This document shows, piece after piece, positions 24,176-37,944 of a stretch of DNA of 64,000 bases (positions are counted from its first letter, which is position 1; each line of letters begins with the position of its first letter). The stretch lies in the NCBI GenBank assembly GCA_038087875.1, contig CM075998.1, positions 1,426,001 to 1,490,000 of the forward strand, in the 5' to 3' direction. The notes below the pieces were generated by a model. The model worked only from the letters and a program-made list of their open reading frames with translations. It was not told the origin of the DNA and did not search any database. The position numbers and the translations under genes were made by a program. Source of the stretch: Malacoraja senta. Lineage: Eukaryota.

Positions 24176-24307
24176 CTCAGTCTGAAGAAGGGTCTCGGCC
24201 CGAAAAGTTGCCTATTTCCTTCGCTCCATAGATGCTGCCTCACCTGCTGAGTTTCTCCAGCATTTTTGTCTACCTTTGATTTTCCAGCATCTGCAGTTCC
24301 TTCTTAA
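24176..24307 (+). mobile_element. Same short repeat family, 15-bp TSD
   Basis: ACAGTCTTCACTGTA at 24161-24175 and 24308-24322; starts CTCAGTCTGAAGAAGGGTCTCGGCCCGAAA. Confidence 0.8.
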
Positions 24308-24779
24308 ACAGTCTTCACTGTAAATTGTTTACATCCGTAGTCTGTGATGGTATGACCAGATGAAATGCCACGCCGCAGAATACATTTCTGAATTTTGCAG
24401 TTGGCATGACAAATGTTGCCATTTCCTATTGTTACTCTGTGAAGCTGACAGCAACCAAGATTTTCATTTGAATCGTTTGATATGGAAATGCCCAAGGTGC
24501 TGCCAGTGATTCAGACATTTAAACAATTATGAACCAACCTTGCCATAAAGCACCCTGAAAATCTTACATGAGATTGAAGTGAGCTTTTAATGGTGTACTG
24601 AGTAATAACTATGGCTTTACAAAACATGTAGGGACCAAAAAGGCTAATTTTGTGCATTATAATTCCATCACATGAATATTTCAATGCAAGTCCTTTAATT
24701 TATGATATTTAAACTTCCACTCTAATCCTGTGTTCCAATTGTTATTTAGTACCCGATATTGACTTTAAATTTTAAACTT

Positions 24780-25046
24780 TGGAGATACAGTGCGGACACA
24801 CTCCCTTCAGACCACAGAGTCTACAGCGATCCCCGCACACAACTATCCTACACACCAGGGACAATTTACAAATTAACAGAAGTTAAATTAACCTACAAAT
24901 CTGTACTACTTTGGAATGTAGGAGGAAACCGGAGCACCCGCAGAAAACTTGTGCAGTCACAGGGAGAACGTACAAACTCTGTGGTCAGGATCAAACCCTG
25001 TTTCTGGCGCTGTAGGGCAGCAGCTCTACCGCTGCATCACAGTGCC
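24780..25046 (-). mobile_element. HE1-like V-SINE
   Basis: Same consensus, reverse strand; further partial copies at ~9325-9510, 13500-13700, 14750-14913, 19160-19320, 48115-48285 and 51960-52075. Confidence 0.8.
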
Positions 25047-28000
25047 AATCCAAAAAATAACGCCGAACCTAAAAAGATAAAGTTAAAAAAATAGTTTAAT
25101 CAAAATTGCTTCCTGATATGCTATTTGTGAGAATTCTATAAATACAATTGTCTGTTCGGCCATCTCAATGACAACGCAACAACGCAAGGATCCGTTTGAA
25201 CTTGACCTTGTTCACAGCAGAATTTGGCAAAGTGTATGATCTTTGTGGAGAGATTTTTTGTGTGGTCAGCAATGTTGGCTTCTGACCAGAAATTACTGGT
25301 TATTGAGCAACAGGAATGCAGGGAATGATGAATTTGCATTTTAAAATGGTACAGTTTAGCAACCAGTGTCTCTTTCAACAAACTTTATTCAGCAGTTTTT
25401 TTAAATCATGTTAAAGTTCTGCAATAGCACCATCTTAATACAGCCATTCATTTTGATTTGGCGTTCTATAAATATCACTTAACTATGGATATTTAAAACA
25501 TTTTGATACTGTGCTTTGATGATTTGAGGCTTCAAAAAACACACTTGATGTTTTTTAATTGCAACACTGAATGAACCTTGCAAAGGAAGAGTACACTTCT
25601 AACGGATCAATGGAGTTGTCAAAACTGATTTTAAAGATGGTGTCATTGATAACACAAAGCAAAAATGAAATGATTAGAATTCCTACATTAAAACCAAAAT
25701 GTAGAATATATTTGGGAAAGGTAGAATTGGTGAAGAAGGAAACCATTGACATTTCAGGTGAATGTTAGGGAAGGTTAGTTATGATAAACATGGTTTAATG
25801 TGTAGAGCAATGGGAGAGTGGAGATAAAATGGTCTTTAATAAGATGCATGTTGAAAAGAATGTTGCCATTGTTCATTCATGAACATTTGTAGGTCATAAG
25901 GAATTGGAGCAGAATTAGGCCATTCGGCCCATCAAGTCTTCTCCACCATTCAATCATGGCTGATCTATTTCTCCCTCCTAACCCCATTCTCCTGCCTTCT
26001 CCCCATAATCTCTAACACATCGGCCTTTCTAACCACACTGCTCTATCCAGGAGCAGAAACTCTGGTAATTTAAGAAAATTGAAGGCTCTAGGCACTTTGG
26101 AGCAGTTGCTTGAAATGGGCACATCCATAACTTAAAGCTCTAATGCATGCCTTGTTCATAGACTCTGTCTGATGAATTTTAATTTAAGTCGCCCTTGGGT
26201 TGGTGATCATTGCTGCATAAATAAACACCAAAGGGTTTTGTAACAAAACTTGCATAACAAAGGACAAAATGGAGAGGGTAGTCCCCAGAAAGATACTTGG
26301 TATTATCAACCAGCGAAGACAAAACCGTTTATTAAAAAAAAAAAAAAGTAATATTGAAAACAAAGCTAAGAATTAAGCAATGTCCTATTCACCTGATTGT
26401 ATGGTACTGAAACTTGGCTACTGAACAATTCTGCAAAGGCATTGGTTTTGTTATTAGATATCTTGACAAATTAGTTGGAATCAGTTGGAACAGGTTTGCC
26501 AGACAAAATAAAGCCAGACAAATAAAGCAATTGTCAGTATGTCAGTTTGCAAAAGTCTTTTCAAATAAATTGTAGAGGCACATCTCTCAGATACTAATAT
26601 AAATGTAACTTGGGAATGGGCAACAACAAATGGACTGCAAGAGATAGATATGGAGTTGTTTTGTGGAGGGTACTGTCAGACTCCCACAACAGGTGCTTTG
26701 GTCTGCTTCCTGAAATCTTAGTGTTTTCAGAGGTATCTAATTATTTAACGCTAGATTGTCAAAGGCCAACCCCAATTGGGATGAAGGATAGGTTCTTGAG
26801 AAAGCTGCTTGAAGTGGTCCAAGTGTAAAGGTTTCTTAATTCCTAGTCATTATTTCCATTTTTCAGTGTATTAGGATCTTTTTGCACTGCATGGAAAGAC
26901 ACAAATGCTGGAGAAACTCAGCGGGTTCAGCAGCATCCCTGGAGAATGTGGATAGGTTATGTTTTGGGTTGGGACCCTTTTTGCACTGCATTTTTGTTTC
27001 ATGTTCTTAACAAAGACTAGTCTACAATGTTGTCTTGTGTGGTGTCCTATGTATAAAGCAGCCAGCTTCCATGTCACTTGTACAGCCATCAATGGGAAAG
27101 TTCATTTTGCTTCTGATGAAAGATTTTCCAATTAGTCTTCCTCTTGAATTGTAATTATATCACAGTTCTGAAGGTCAAGTGATAGAAAACTCACTTTAGA
27201 AGATGATCTCTGCCTTCAGTATGGCCAGTGGATTGCTGAGGAAGCTAATCTGTCAGCCCTGTTAATGCCACTGAAGTTTGTTAGAAAATGTGGTTGAGTG
27301 GGTTCAAAGGAAATATTGTATGGATGGAAAGATTAATAGATAGAAGTAAGGTAATTGAGTGTTGACAGCTTGGGAAAGCTAGAATGTGCCAGGAGTTTGT
27401 AATGGATCCACTTGTGTGTACTTTGATAATTTGGACTTGCATAAAGGGAACCACAACTTTCTGCCAATACAAAAGTAGTAATTTTGGCAAACAGCAAGAG
27501 ACTGGATAAAGAAAGACAAGCTCAACATTTTGGTTTCATAAGTATTAATTTGTTTGTAGTTAGAGAGATGCACATTAACACAAAGCCAGTCTTTTGACTT
27601 TTATTGGTGTGTAGTGATTGGGAGTGTGTAAATTCACATCTTGCCATTCAAGCGTCTACATATCCGAACACGAACATTAAGGTCTGTTATTTTCGTAAAG
27701 AGTCTGTTTCACTAAATATGGACTGTTTATTGCCAATAGTTGTGTGCCATTTTCCACAATTATACTGATTGTACTCCATTGCAGAGACTTTTTTAAAACA
27801 GTGTAAAATCGTGTTATAGCTTTGTCATAATTATATGTTTAGTAAGTCTGTATTCAGCATTGTGGCAGGTTTGATAGGAAGGCCTGCCTTCTGTAATTTA
27901 TAGAGTCTTCAAAGACCATCAGCATAAAAATAGCAGTCTTTTGATTTTGGAGCAAATCACAGGGTGTGTATGTTGAGTGGGCAAATTAAACTGAATGGGA

Positions 28001-28582
28001 ATATATATTTGTATTTATTCCCAAGTAAGGGAAGATTGCTGCAGCTTCTATCAGTCATGAAGCTTAAAATCTAGAGGATATTTACTTTTGCTTGTATTTA
28101 AAGTGCGTGTCAATCACCACCACAAATATAATAAAAATGTGTCAAATTAACAATGGTAAATAGTTTATTATAATTTAATTGGTATCCCAATTAAATGGAA
28201 GAGTGCAGTTAACTCTTAATTTATCAAAGATTGGCAGATTGCCTTCTTTCTTAGATAACTATGGATGATGGAATTCATCTGAGTACATTGGGTAAATCCT
28301 TTCACAGAGGTCACTGGCCGCTCAATCCCCCATTAGAGCAGCCAGTTGTCTCTTAAATGATCCCAGATTTTTGCCTTTACATGTGAGTCACTGTGTGCAA
28401 GTGGAACATTCGAAATACCAGCCCTAAAGACTCTGACTCCGTCTTGTGGCTCTTCTCTGCGCATTCCAATGTTCGAACTCTTGTGTGTTGGCAACAAAAT
28501 TGAATGTTATTTGTGTGGTTTAACCAAAATAGTTATTTTGTGCTCAACAATCTACAAATGTGTATTCTTTCTTGGGTTGTAG

Positions 28583-28677
28583 GGCATAGGACCTTGTATG
28601 TTGGAGTGCGTATGCCTTCGGGTAGACAGAGTCACCCGACACCACAGGACCCATGGATCAAAGCACAAGAAGCGAGA
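28583..28677 (+). CDS. slc4a8: slc4a8 exon 3, 5' part (GHRTLYVGVRMPSGRQSH/RHHRTHGSKHKKR), cut by the N gap; apparent +1 frameshift at 28635-28637
   Basis: Acceptor ttgtag|; the conserved peptide switches frame at a CCC run; sequence ends in Ns. Confidence 0.9.
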
Positions 28678-28877
28678 NNNNNNNNNNNNNNNNNNNNNNN
28701 NNNNNNNNNNNNNNNNNNNNNNNNNNNNNNNNNNNNNNNNNNNNNNNNNNNNNNNNNNNNNNNNNNNNNNNNNNNNNNNNNNNNNNNNNNNNNNNNNNNN
28801 NNNNNNNNNNNNNNNNNNNNNNNNNNNNNNNNNNNNNNNNNNNNNNNNNNNNNNNNNNNNNNNNNNNNNNNNNNNNN
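28678..28877. other. Assembly gap (200 N)
   Basis: Run of exactly 200 N. The expected exon 3 end and exons 4-5 (DTPSQRVQFILG..., [12 protein letters not shown]...) are not found on either side. Confidence 0.99.
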
Positions 28878-30749
28878 CACAATGATAACATTCCCTGTAG
28901 TTTACCCCAGCTTCTCATGGTTATCTTGTATTTAATTTTCTCATCTGAGGAGCATTGGAATTTATATGAATTATGTAGTTCTCATATTTTTACCATGTTA
29001 TTAGAGACTTTTGGTTAGTTCTTTAATTCCCTCTTCACCTGTCTCTCATCTGTTGATTTAATTGTGGCTGTGATCACGAATGGTGAAGCAGTGAATGGGT
29101 GACGTTAAATATTAAGAATAATTGTGCTAAGTGAAGGACGGCAAGTCGGGGACCTTGTGGACAAGTTGTGATTTGAACTATGTCACTGCAACTTTTCCAT
29201 CTCTTGTTACTATGGAAACTAACAAACATTTCTCTCTAACATGAGTCACATGCAATTGGAATTGGACGAGAAAGGTAAAGGTGACTTAAACTGTGTTTAT
29301 TTAATTTAGAAAGAGCAATGAAAGGAAAATGCAATAAAAATTTGTTTTCTTCAAGTTTTATATTTAGAACTGCATGAGTAGCTTTTAAACCAAAGATAAA
29401 GAGCTGCCGCCCACAGTGAAGGACATTACCAAGACTGAAAGGACAGAAGTGATAGAGCGAGCTATGAGTAGTGAATAGATATCTTGGCTTTTGAGAGACT
29501 TGGAAATTCCAAAGAAAGGAGAAGGTTGAAGTAACAAACCTGGCCTTGAAATTCAAGAGTAAAAACAACAATGTACATTTTCATCTTTCAAATTGATGTG
29601 GACAAGGACCAAGTTCTATGTGTAATGTTGCTGCCGTCTGTTATCCTTTCCTTTTTCAATGACCTTGAACCCTTTCTGCCATGGCTGTTCTATGAGATGG
29701 AGTAGGCTGCAAATAGCAACCATGTCTCGGGCTGCATAAATAAGTTAAGGTCATGGGCATGGACTATGCTAATTGCCTTCTGACAGTTACGCTGCTGTTA
29801 GGCCTTTCACTGTTTTCAAATGCTGTCAATTAGCATTTGTTTGAACTTTTCCAACTCTTTTTCTAAATTTAATTAAAAAAACTAAAATTCACTTTAAAAC
29901 AATTAACTAAGTTAATTGAAATAATGGTTATTAAAATACTTTTACAAAACACATACTTTCACTTACTTTTTTAAATGAAGGTTGGTGGTCCCATTTAAAT
30001 GCATGGGACTCTGCCGGATGCACTAGCCTTGGCTGGTATAAGGTTGAGGGGCCAGACCAGTGTAGTTGACTCCTAGGGCATAATGTTATGGAATGCCTCT
30101 AGTCTTGATGGTAAATCCATGGACAGAGAAGAGGTCAGGTGGATATGCTGCTGATTTCATGCATTAATTCATTCTTAAATTGCAAGTGGATTAGAGAGGA
30201 ATGTTCTTTTGTCCAAGAGGTGTGCTGATAATTTCCTTTATTATAAAATTAAAAAAGATGGAAACCAGTGACCTCGGATTGAGTTGTTTATTTATTATAC
30301 TGGACCATATTGTGTTACAAAGCTTCTTATAGGTCTAATGGGAACTTCTACAGGGAGAAACTGCAGATGTAAAGAGCATTCAAGTCTAGTTCTAGAACTG
30401 TATTCCTATATTTTCCTTTGGTGTCATTAGTGTGTGGTCATGTCGTTTTGGAAGGACCAGGGAATTCCAGGTTGTACTGTGCCTGCGTTTGAGGCAGTTG
30501 CACAACTTGCAATAGGTTTTACAAAGTAGAATTTGCATGACTGCAGTAGAATATTCTCCCACATAAGTAATTCCCAAATTAGTTTTCCACACATATTAGA
30601 GAAAATGTACAAGCTGCTTTAAACTCATACCAATTTGAATGAGATTTGTTTTTCTTATGAATGGAAACTCTTAAGGATGCTAAATTGACTCTATTTTAAC
30701 TGCAATAACTTTAATCCTGGGGTAATATATGTCATTTTTCTTCTGTTAG

Positions 30750-30934
30750 ATATGGTTCTTGATCATCAGGAAGCATCCATGGAGCTGGATGAAAGCATTC
30801 GTATGAAAGTGCGTGAAGTTCTTCTGAAAAAACATCACCATCAAATGAGAAGAGGAATAATCTCATTCCAATTGTCAGGTCTTTTGCAGAGGTTGGGAAA
30901 AAGCAATCTGAACCTCATTCCATGGACAGAGCTG
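30750..30934 (+). CDS. slc4a8: slc4a8 exon 6 (DMVLDHQEASMELDESIRMKVREVLLKKHHHQ/NEKRNNLIPIVRSFAEVGKKQSEPHSMDRA-G); apparent -1 frameshift at 30843-30845
   Basis: Acceptor ctgttag|, donor G|GTAAGA; 185 nt where a multiple of 3 is required; conserved peptide resumes after adding one A. Confidence 0.9.
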
Positions 30935-33167
30935 GTAAGAACAAGAATGGAAATCCAAAGGATAACTTTCTTTGAGCTCTTTATGTCGGTATTGCATGCA
31001 TAGAATGACTGGGTGGTTGGGTATTAAGGGGTGCAAGACAAGGAAGAGGCAAACCCTGACTTTTTTTGAAACTGGTCAGGTGGAAAACGTTTGCACAATT
31101 CCCCAAAAGAGAAAAAGCCCAGTGCAATTATTTTTAACTGGAGCAGAGCACCCAAACTCAGGGACAGAAGTCTTCATGGCTGCACTTTAGAAATTTACTA
31201 ATTTAGAAATTTACTCCACTTTAATGGCTGTACTTTAGAAATGTCTGCCATGTAAAGCAGGCAAATGCCTGTGCCCACCTCACTTGCTTCTGTGGGATTT
31301 AGAAAATGTGAATACGACAGCATTCTCGTCCTTCTGGAGATCTTTCTGTCTGGAATACCTGTCTGAATTCATGGATGGTCCCCATGGATACTGCAGGCAT
31401 GTCGTTCGCAACCTATTCATTTTCCTCCGATCCTTTGGGAAAATCCTCCCTTGTTGCTCCACTTCGACCTGGACCCACCAATCGCAGCTGGGTCCACTTA
31501 TTCAGTAACAGCAGTCCCCTAATCCAGAAGAATGGTCCATAAACAGCTAACTGCATAATTTGCAGCCGCAATATTAAATGCCAGAAGGTGCAAGATTTTG
31601 CCGTAAGTCATGGAGTGCACCAGCTAAGACCAATGAAGTTAACTTCAGTGCCGTGTTACTCAAGGAAACCTAATGATCCTGGTCTATGAATCCAACTTCA
31701 TGCTCTTTCACAAACAGCATTGGGTGATAGCTGATTTACTAAATTGGTCAGTTTAACCGGCTGGGTCATAATTACCTGTTGATGTGCATTATCTCTGGTT
31801 TCCTCATTTGTGATCGATCCATGTACAAACACATTGATAGACTAAGCTCTTTGCTCACTGCTTTTTCCATATTTGTCATCAGTATAATGGCTAAATGTGT
31901 AATTAAAAGCATTGAAATTTGCTTCTATTCACATTATAGGTGATGCCTCTAACAGGCAATTAGGCCCTTCCTGTTGTAAACAAAATAAATTGGCATGCTT
32001 GATCGCAGATATATTTAAATGTGCTGGCAACAGTGACAGTGTCTCACCGAAATTGTGTTTTTTTTGCCTGTCAAGTCATGGAGTTGAAAATTGTGATGTT
32101 TTCAGCTCTTTTCTGTTGTTTTCTCAGCTACCAATCTTTTTGAAAATATTTGCCAACATTGCAAGAGATACTGGGAGATATTTAAGTTTCTGTAGAAGTT
32201 GTTAGCAAAGGAAATGCAGATCATGCACTTCAGACATGAGTTGCTGTGTACGATCTGCTCAAGACTTTCTCGATTTGCTCGCTAATTGGCATAATTATCT
32301 GAATCAGACCTGGCAGCTGGCCCACAGTCAAAATCAAACAGTCATCTAAATTTATATTTGCATTGTCTACCCTGGAATCCAAATCTAAAAGGAAACTCGA
32401 TTTAACTACTAAAATAGAACCATCTAAAAGCTTAAAACCACAGTTAAATACACTAAAACTATCTGGCTTGCTAAAACATAAAAGCATTAAAATCAAAGTT
32501 GTCAAATCAATGCTGTACCAGGGTCACTCATCTCGTTCAAGTCCTCTATACCATCTCCAAGCCCGGGCTGGCACTGGTTGATGGAGCAGTCATACTGACC
32601 TTGGACCTTGGAAACTTTGAACTAAAATTAAGTTGTCCTTGGTGGTTGTACTCGCGAGGTCCGAGCTAACCCAGCTGAGCCTGAGGTTACCTGCCCACAG
32701 TACTTGCATTTACAACGGGGGCCACTCCACGCACCTCTGAGGTGTTTTCCTCCCAGTACGGTTCCACCCGGGTGCGGGTGCTCCGCTAGGAGACGACCCA
32801 TGAATTTTTTTCTTGGTAGGTCTGAGGGGTTATTATCTCTACATTCAAGTAACCACTTGCTAATTCAACAAATCTGCTTGGGAGGACAAAAAGCAGAAGG
32901 CTACAGATGAAAAATAAAATAAAACTGGAAATACTGGAAATACACAGCAGGTCAGGTAGCATCTGTGAAAAGTTAATATTTTGTGTCAATGGCCTTCTAC
33001 TGTGCTGTTCACTTTTTTATTGCTTGTGGCGATGGGGAAGCTTTGGCGTTGCCTTTCCATATAATTAATCAATGCTATTAAAAATTCAGCTCCATTTTCA
33101 ATTACTTTAAAAGCATCTGTATCTGACATTGGCAAGGCCACTTTTGTTAGTTTGGTTTTGTTACTTT

Positions 33168-33700
33168 ATGTGTTCAGTTTTGGTCACCCAATTTTGGTAT
33201 AGGGAAGATGTTGTCAAGTTGGATAAGGTGCAGAGAAGATTTACGAGGATGTTGCAGGACTCGATGGCCTGAGTTATGGGAGAGGTTGGGCAGGCTAGGA
33301 CTTTATTCTTTGGAGCACAGGAGGATGAGGGGTAATTTCATAGAGATCATGAGGGAAATAGATAGGTCAATGCACAGTCTTTTACCCAGAGTAGGGAATT
33401 AAGAACTGGAATACATAGGTTTAAGGTGGGAAGGAAAGATTTAATAGGAGCCTGAGTGGCAACATTTTCAGACAGAGGGTGGTGGGTAAATGGAACAAAC
33501 TGCTGGAGGAGGGAGTAAGGCAGGTACTATCACAGCATTTAAAAGACACTTGGACAGTACATGGGTTAGGAGAGGTTTAGAAGGATATGGCCAAACGCAG
33601 GCAGGTGGGACTAGTGTAGATGGGACTAGTGTAGATTGGACATCTTGCTCAACGTGTGCAAGTTGGGCCGAAGAGCATTGAAACGGGCCCTCTGACTCTA
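33168..33700 (+). mobile_element. CR1-clade LINE 3' fragment with many 1-nt deletions
   Basis: Colinear with 6152-6598 (RLGLYSLEHRRMRG..., aagttgggccgaag). Confidence 0.85.
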
Positions 33701-33783
33701 ATAAAGCCCTTCTAATACCAGCAATGTCCCATTCTAAATATTAACTATTTTTCAAGTTTATTGTTTTTGTTATTTCTCTTTAG

Positions 33784-33871
33784 GTCAAATGTTATCCCAC
33801 TGTCCCTTTCAACTCATCTTGATATTAAGAATGGAATCAACCATGACGTTGCAAATGTTGAGTCGAGCAAG
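33784..33871 (+). CDS. slc4a8: slc4a8 exon 7 (GQMLS/PLSLSTHLDIKNGINHDVANVESSK); apparent -1 frameshift near 33796-33798
   Basis: Acceptor tctctttag|, donor AAG|GTAAGA; 88 nt where 3n+2 is required; similar to human GQTVSPQS...LEVKNGVN...DLSK. Confidence 0.85.
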
Positions 33872-34220
33872 GTAAGATGGTCACTTTGGCTTGTCTGGTT
33901 ATGATGCCTGGAGATGTTGATACATCCACTTTCCCCCCCCCACCCCAGGTTCTAGCGGGGATCATGGATTCCCCTTTGTGCAGAACTTTAAATCTCCACC
34001 TATCGTTGTTTCATAGCACTGCCTAAGCTTTCTTGGCCTTTTGGTTAATCCTTAGTGAAGCCAAGCATGTTTTTGTTGAAATCCTATCAATGAGAGAAAA
34101 TCATAGCTAACATTTGAAGTATGAATGAACAAATGTGCCATAAGCTTCAGGCATAGGCCACAGTTGTGCCAGTCACCTGATAACCTGGCCTGTCTTTACT
34201 CTGGAGAAGTGGTCTAACAA

Positions 34221-34505
34221 TGGGGTGGCACAGTGGTAGAGTCGTTGCCTTGCAGCACCAGTGACCCAGGTTCGATCCTGAATACGGGTGCTGTCTGTAT
34301 ACAGTTTATACTTTCTTCCTGTGACCGCGTGGGTTTTCTCTGGGTGCTAAGGTTTCCTCCCACACTCCAAAGACGTACAGGTTTGTAGGTTAATTGGCCG
34401 CTGTAATTTGTCCCTAATTTGTAGGATAGTGCGAGTGTACGAGGTGATTGCTGGCAGGCGTGGGGTCGGATGGGCAAAGGGCCTGTTTCCACCCTGTATG
34501 TCTAA
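34221..34505 (+). mobile_element. tRNA-derived V-SINE (HE1-like), near full length
   Basis: A/B-box head (ggcacagtggtaga...ggttcgatcc), V-domain-like core (gtgggttttctctgggtg...ggtttcctcccacactccaaagac), CR1-like tail (aagggcctgtttccaccctgtat). Confidence 0.85.
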
Positions 34506-34949
34506 CGTCCAAATGCATTCTTCGATCAACTGGGGTCCAATTACTATTGAGATTGATTGAAGTTGACTATCTGCTTTCCTTGTGGAAGGGTTCAGGTTAT
34601 CTCAAGGTCACAGTTGAGTATTAAATGAATAGCCTGATCCATGTGCAGTTTCCATGGTTAGTCATTGGATAGCATCAGGGGTGTTCATTGATTTTTAGTT
34701 ATCGTCCCTCTACAGATGAATTGTAGTATCCATGCTGTTGCAGCCTTGATTTAAGATTACTCAACTCAGTGTGCACTTTGGCTGAGCCCAAGAAGCTTTT
34801 TCCTGAATAGGTCATTAAAGAGCAACTAAGGTATTTGACTTCCCTGCCCGTAGCCCGCACCACCATACTCTGATTCAAAATTAAAAGATTTGCTTGACTT
34901 GAGACCGCATCCTATTACTTGTGGAATTTGTATATTTTTGTTTTGGCAG

Positions 34950-35106
34950 GTTGATCTCCACTTCATGAAGAAGATACCTATTGGTGCCGAAGCCTCCAAT
35001 GTCCTGGTTGGTGAGCTCGATTTTCTCAACAGGCCAATTGTGGCATTTGTACGTCTCTCTCCAGCTGTCCTTCTCTCAGGACTTACTGAAGTCCCAATAC
35101 GACCAG
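34950..35106 (+). CDS. slc4a8: slc4a8 exon 8 ([53 protein letters not shown]); apparent -1 frameshift at ~35100
   Basis: Acceptor ttttggcag|, donor AG|GTAGCT; 157 nt where 158 is needed for VPIPTR. Confidence 0.93.
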
Positions 35107-36772
35107 GTAGCTAATACTGATGTTTTGTATCTTCTATAGTTTGTAGGAGTGAATGGTTTCCAATAAAAGTAGTAGATACTTCTATGCTGCACCTAATTAT
35201 GCACATGAGTGGTAGGTTTTTGAAATGATTAACATGTAGGTAGATGTAGAAATCACCTGAGCAGTAACATGCTGTGGAAGAAACATATGTGGAATCGCCA
35301 TTTGTTATTTTAGTTTGTGTTCGTTAAGCAGGAATTTCAGCTGAAACCACTTAAAGTAGTGTGATCAACAACATCTGGAATGGATAGAAAGATGCCATAT
35401 TTCAGTAGAAAAATGAAACGTCTGACAATGCAGCACTGGATAATAACTTGCGGTAAATTCAGTGGTCAGATCAGCGTCGTGGGGTCCCTTTTTTAGTGCG
35501 CAAAAAATAGAACACTGGAATATCTCAGCAGGTCATGCAACATCTGTGATGGCAAAAGGTGTAAGTCAATGTTTTTGGGTTGGTGATGTGGGACTGATGC
35601 ATTGTCTCGACCTAAAACGTTGACTTGCACCTTTAGCTTCCACCATGTCTCGAGGTGCTGCGAGGCAGAAGGTGGTGCCCAAGGTGCCTCGGCCATACTA
35701 GCCATTGCGGAACCCACCTGCCGATGAAAGCTGTCGAGCCCGGCCCCTACTCGCCCTGTGGACCAGAGAAGAGGGAGTCAGAACAGAGGGCCAGTGAGCA
35801 GACCGGCAGTGCACCTTGATGGTGGAGTGGGCTGCTGGAGGCCCAGCAGCATCCTGGGGCTCGGCTGGATCTGGAGCCGATCCAAAAGGCTGAGCATGTG
35901 GATCGAACATGGCTCATAGCTGCATGGAGCACTTAACAACAGCTGGGACTTGAAATTGTGTTGCAATATCTGGCGACTCTGTATATTGTCTCAGTGTACT
36001 ACTGCTATACCCACGTATTGTATCTGGGATGTTTATCTAAGATGTATCTAAGAGCTTATGTACAGTGATACCTGTACTGAACTATATACAAACATGAATG
36101 ACACTGTATCCTAATAGCATGTGACAAATAAAGTACCATTGAACCAATGCTGTATGACATGAGTTCTTCCAGCATTGTTTATTTAGACTCCAGCATCTGC
36201 AGTTTGTCTTCATGCATGCATGTATTTGCAAGGATCTTTAAGTTTGTGCATCAGATGTGTGTCCAATTGCAAAGTAACTGGATAACATTTAGCATGTCAA
36301 TAGATTAAAACAAATAATAATAATAATCTCCCCCTACACGCTTTCCAACATTACATTAGTGGAATGTAAAATTTTCATCCACTATTGTGCACTCAAGAAG
36401 TTGATTAACTTTGAATTAAATAGATTTTTCACTTTTTTTCTCTCCACAAATGCTACCTGCCTCAGTCTCTTCAGCATCTTCTAATTGTGGATTTTATTTT
36501 TTTCACTATTTGCTTTTTGATCACAAGTTTTGGTAACATTCAATACCCATACATTCTGCTGATTGGCTAATATTTTCATTCACTTCACTATTTGACTGTC
36601 TCAAAATTATAATTGGAAAAAATAAATGTGTTCTTGCCACAAGAACAATCATTATCCTTTGTCAAAAGCAATATTCTGCCTTTGCAATTCACCCCTCTCT
36701 CTGAGGCCTCCTGAATCCTGGGATTCAAAATCTAGCTGCCGTGTCAGATATTTCTCACTTTTGTTCTCAGGT

Positions 36773-37045
36773 TAGGGGAGGCACAGTGGCACAATGGTAG
36801 AATTGCTGCCTTACAGCGCCAGAGACCTGGGTTCAATCCTGTCTGTATGGAGTTTGTCCGTTCTCCCTGTGACCGTGGGTTTTCTCTGGGTGTTCCGGTT
36901 CCCTCCCACACTCAAGACGTACAGGTTTGTTGGCTGTATTGTGAATTGTCCCTAGTGTGTAGGATAGTGCTAGTGTACAGGGTGATCGTAGTCGGTGCGG
37001 ACTCGGTGGTCTGAAGGACCTATTTCAGCACTGTATCTCAAACTA
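36773..37045 (+). mobile_element. HE1-like V-SINE
   Basis: Colinear with 34221-34505. Confidence 0.85.
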
Positions 37046-37944
37046 AGGTTAAGAACTTGGCCAAGAGACAGTGTTTGGATAATGTAATATTGGCAAAGAT
37101 TTTGCCAACCAATGATATTACTATTTTGGTATTTTCTGAATTAGTGCACTGATGTGAACTTGGATGGACAAAAAAAACGTTTTTCTTTCATGAGGCGAGC
37201 ATAGGATTCAGATATTGATATACTGCGATTGGGAGCAAGAGGATAACACTGCTCTTTCCTTCCTGTCCCACATTGTCCTGCCCATGATTATTTTCGGGGT
37301 GAGATTGTTCCAGGGTGTAGCGCAAATTGAACTCTTTTTGAGAACTGCGTTAGCTTATCCAATGTTCTTAGAGCAACCTATGCAAGACTGGGAATTCTCT
37401 AGGATCCAGCACACAGCCTACTGATCCACGATGTCTGGCACCAGCAATATACCCTTTCACAAGGATCTTTTAAAAAAGGCAAATTCCAGTGTTTATATTG
37501 AATCGTGTTATAAAGAATGAATGAATGAATAGGTTATTGGCCAAGTATGTACACATACAAGGAATTTGCCTTGGTGCTCCGCTCGCAAGGCAACAACACG
37601 ACATACAGTAAACCATTAAGAATAGAACATAAAACATTAAAACATTCAGAACAAAACACCATAGTTTAAACATTTGAATGAACAAAATACCAGAGCAAAA
37701 GGAGGCTACAGACTTTTGGTTATTGAGTAGAGCTACTACTCGTGGGGAAAAAAGCTGTTTTTGGCTGCGGCGACTTTGACAGTCCGGCTTTAACACATCC
37801 AAGATAGCGCCCAACCCAGGTGACTCTTTGTGTGCTAGTCACAGAAGTGGATCTGCAATCACGCATTACAATCGCTCCATTCTTCTAAATTTCTACTCTT
37901 AAAGCAACATTTATTCACATTGTTCCCTTTTGTGATAGAACGGA

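Noticed and set aside
28504-29018. ORFs spanning the N run
   Set aside because: Artefacts of translating Ns; only the exon 3 portion is real.
31177-31242. Short local duplications (tttagaaatttact; also 26498-26527 and 43790-43820)
   Set aside because: Ordinary slippage-type microduplications with no regular spacers; not CRISPR-like, and the context is eukaryotic.
34221-34290. tRNA gene (A/B boxes, GGTTCGATCC)
   Set aside because: It is the tRNA-derived head of a SINE, with no cloverleaf and continuing into the V-domain.
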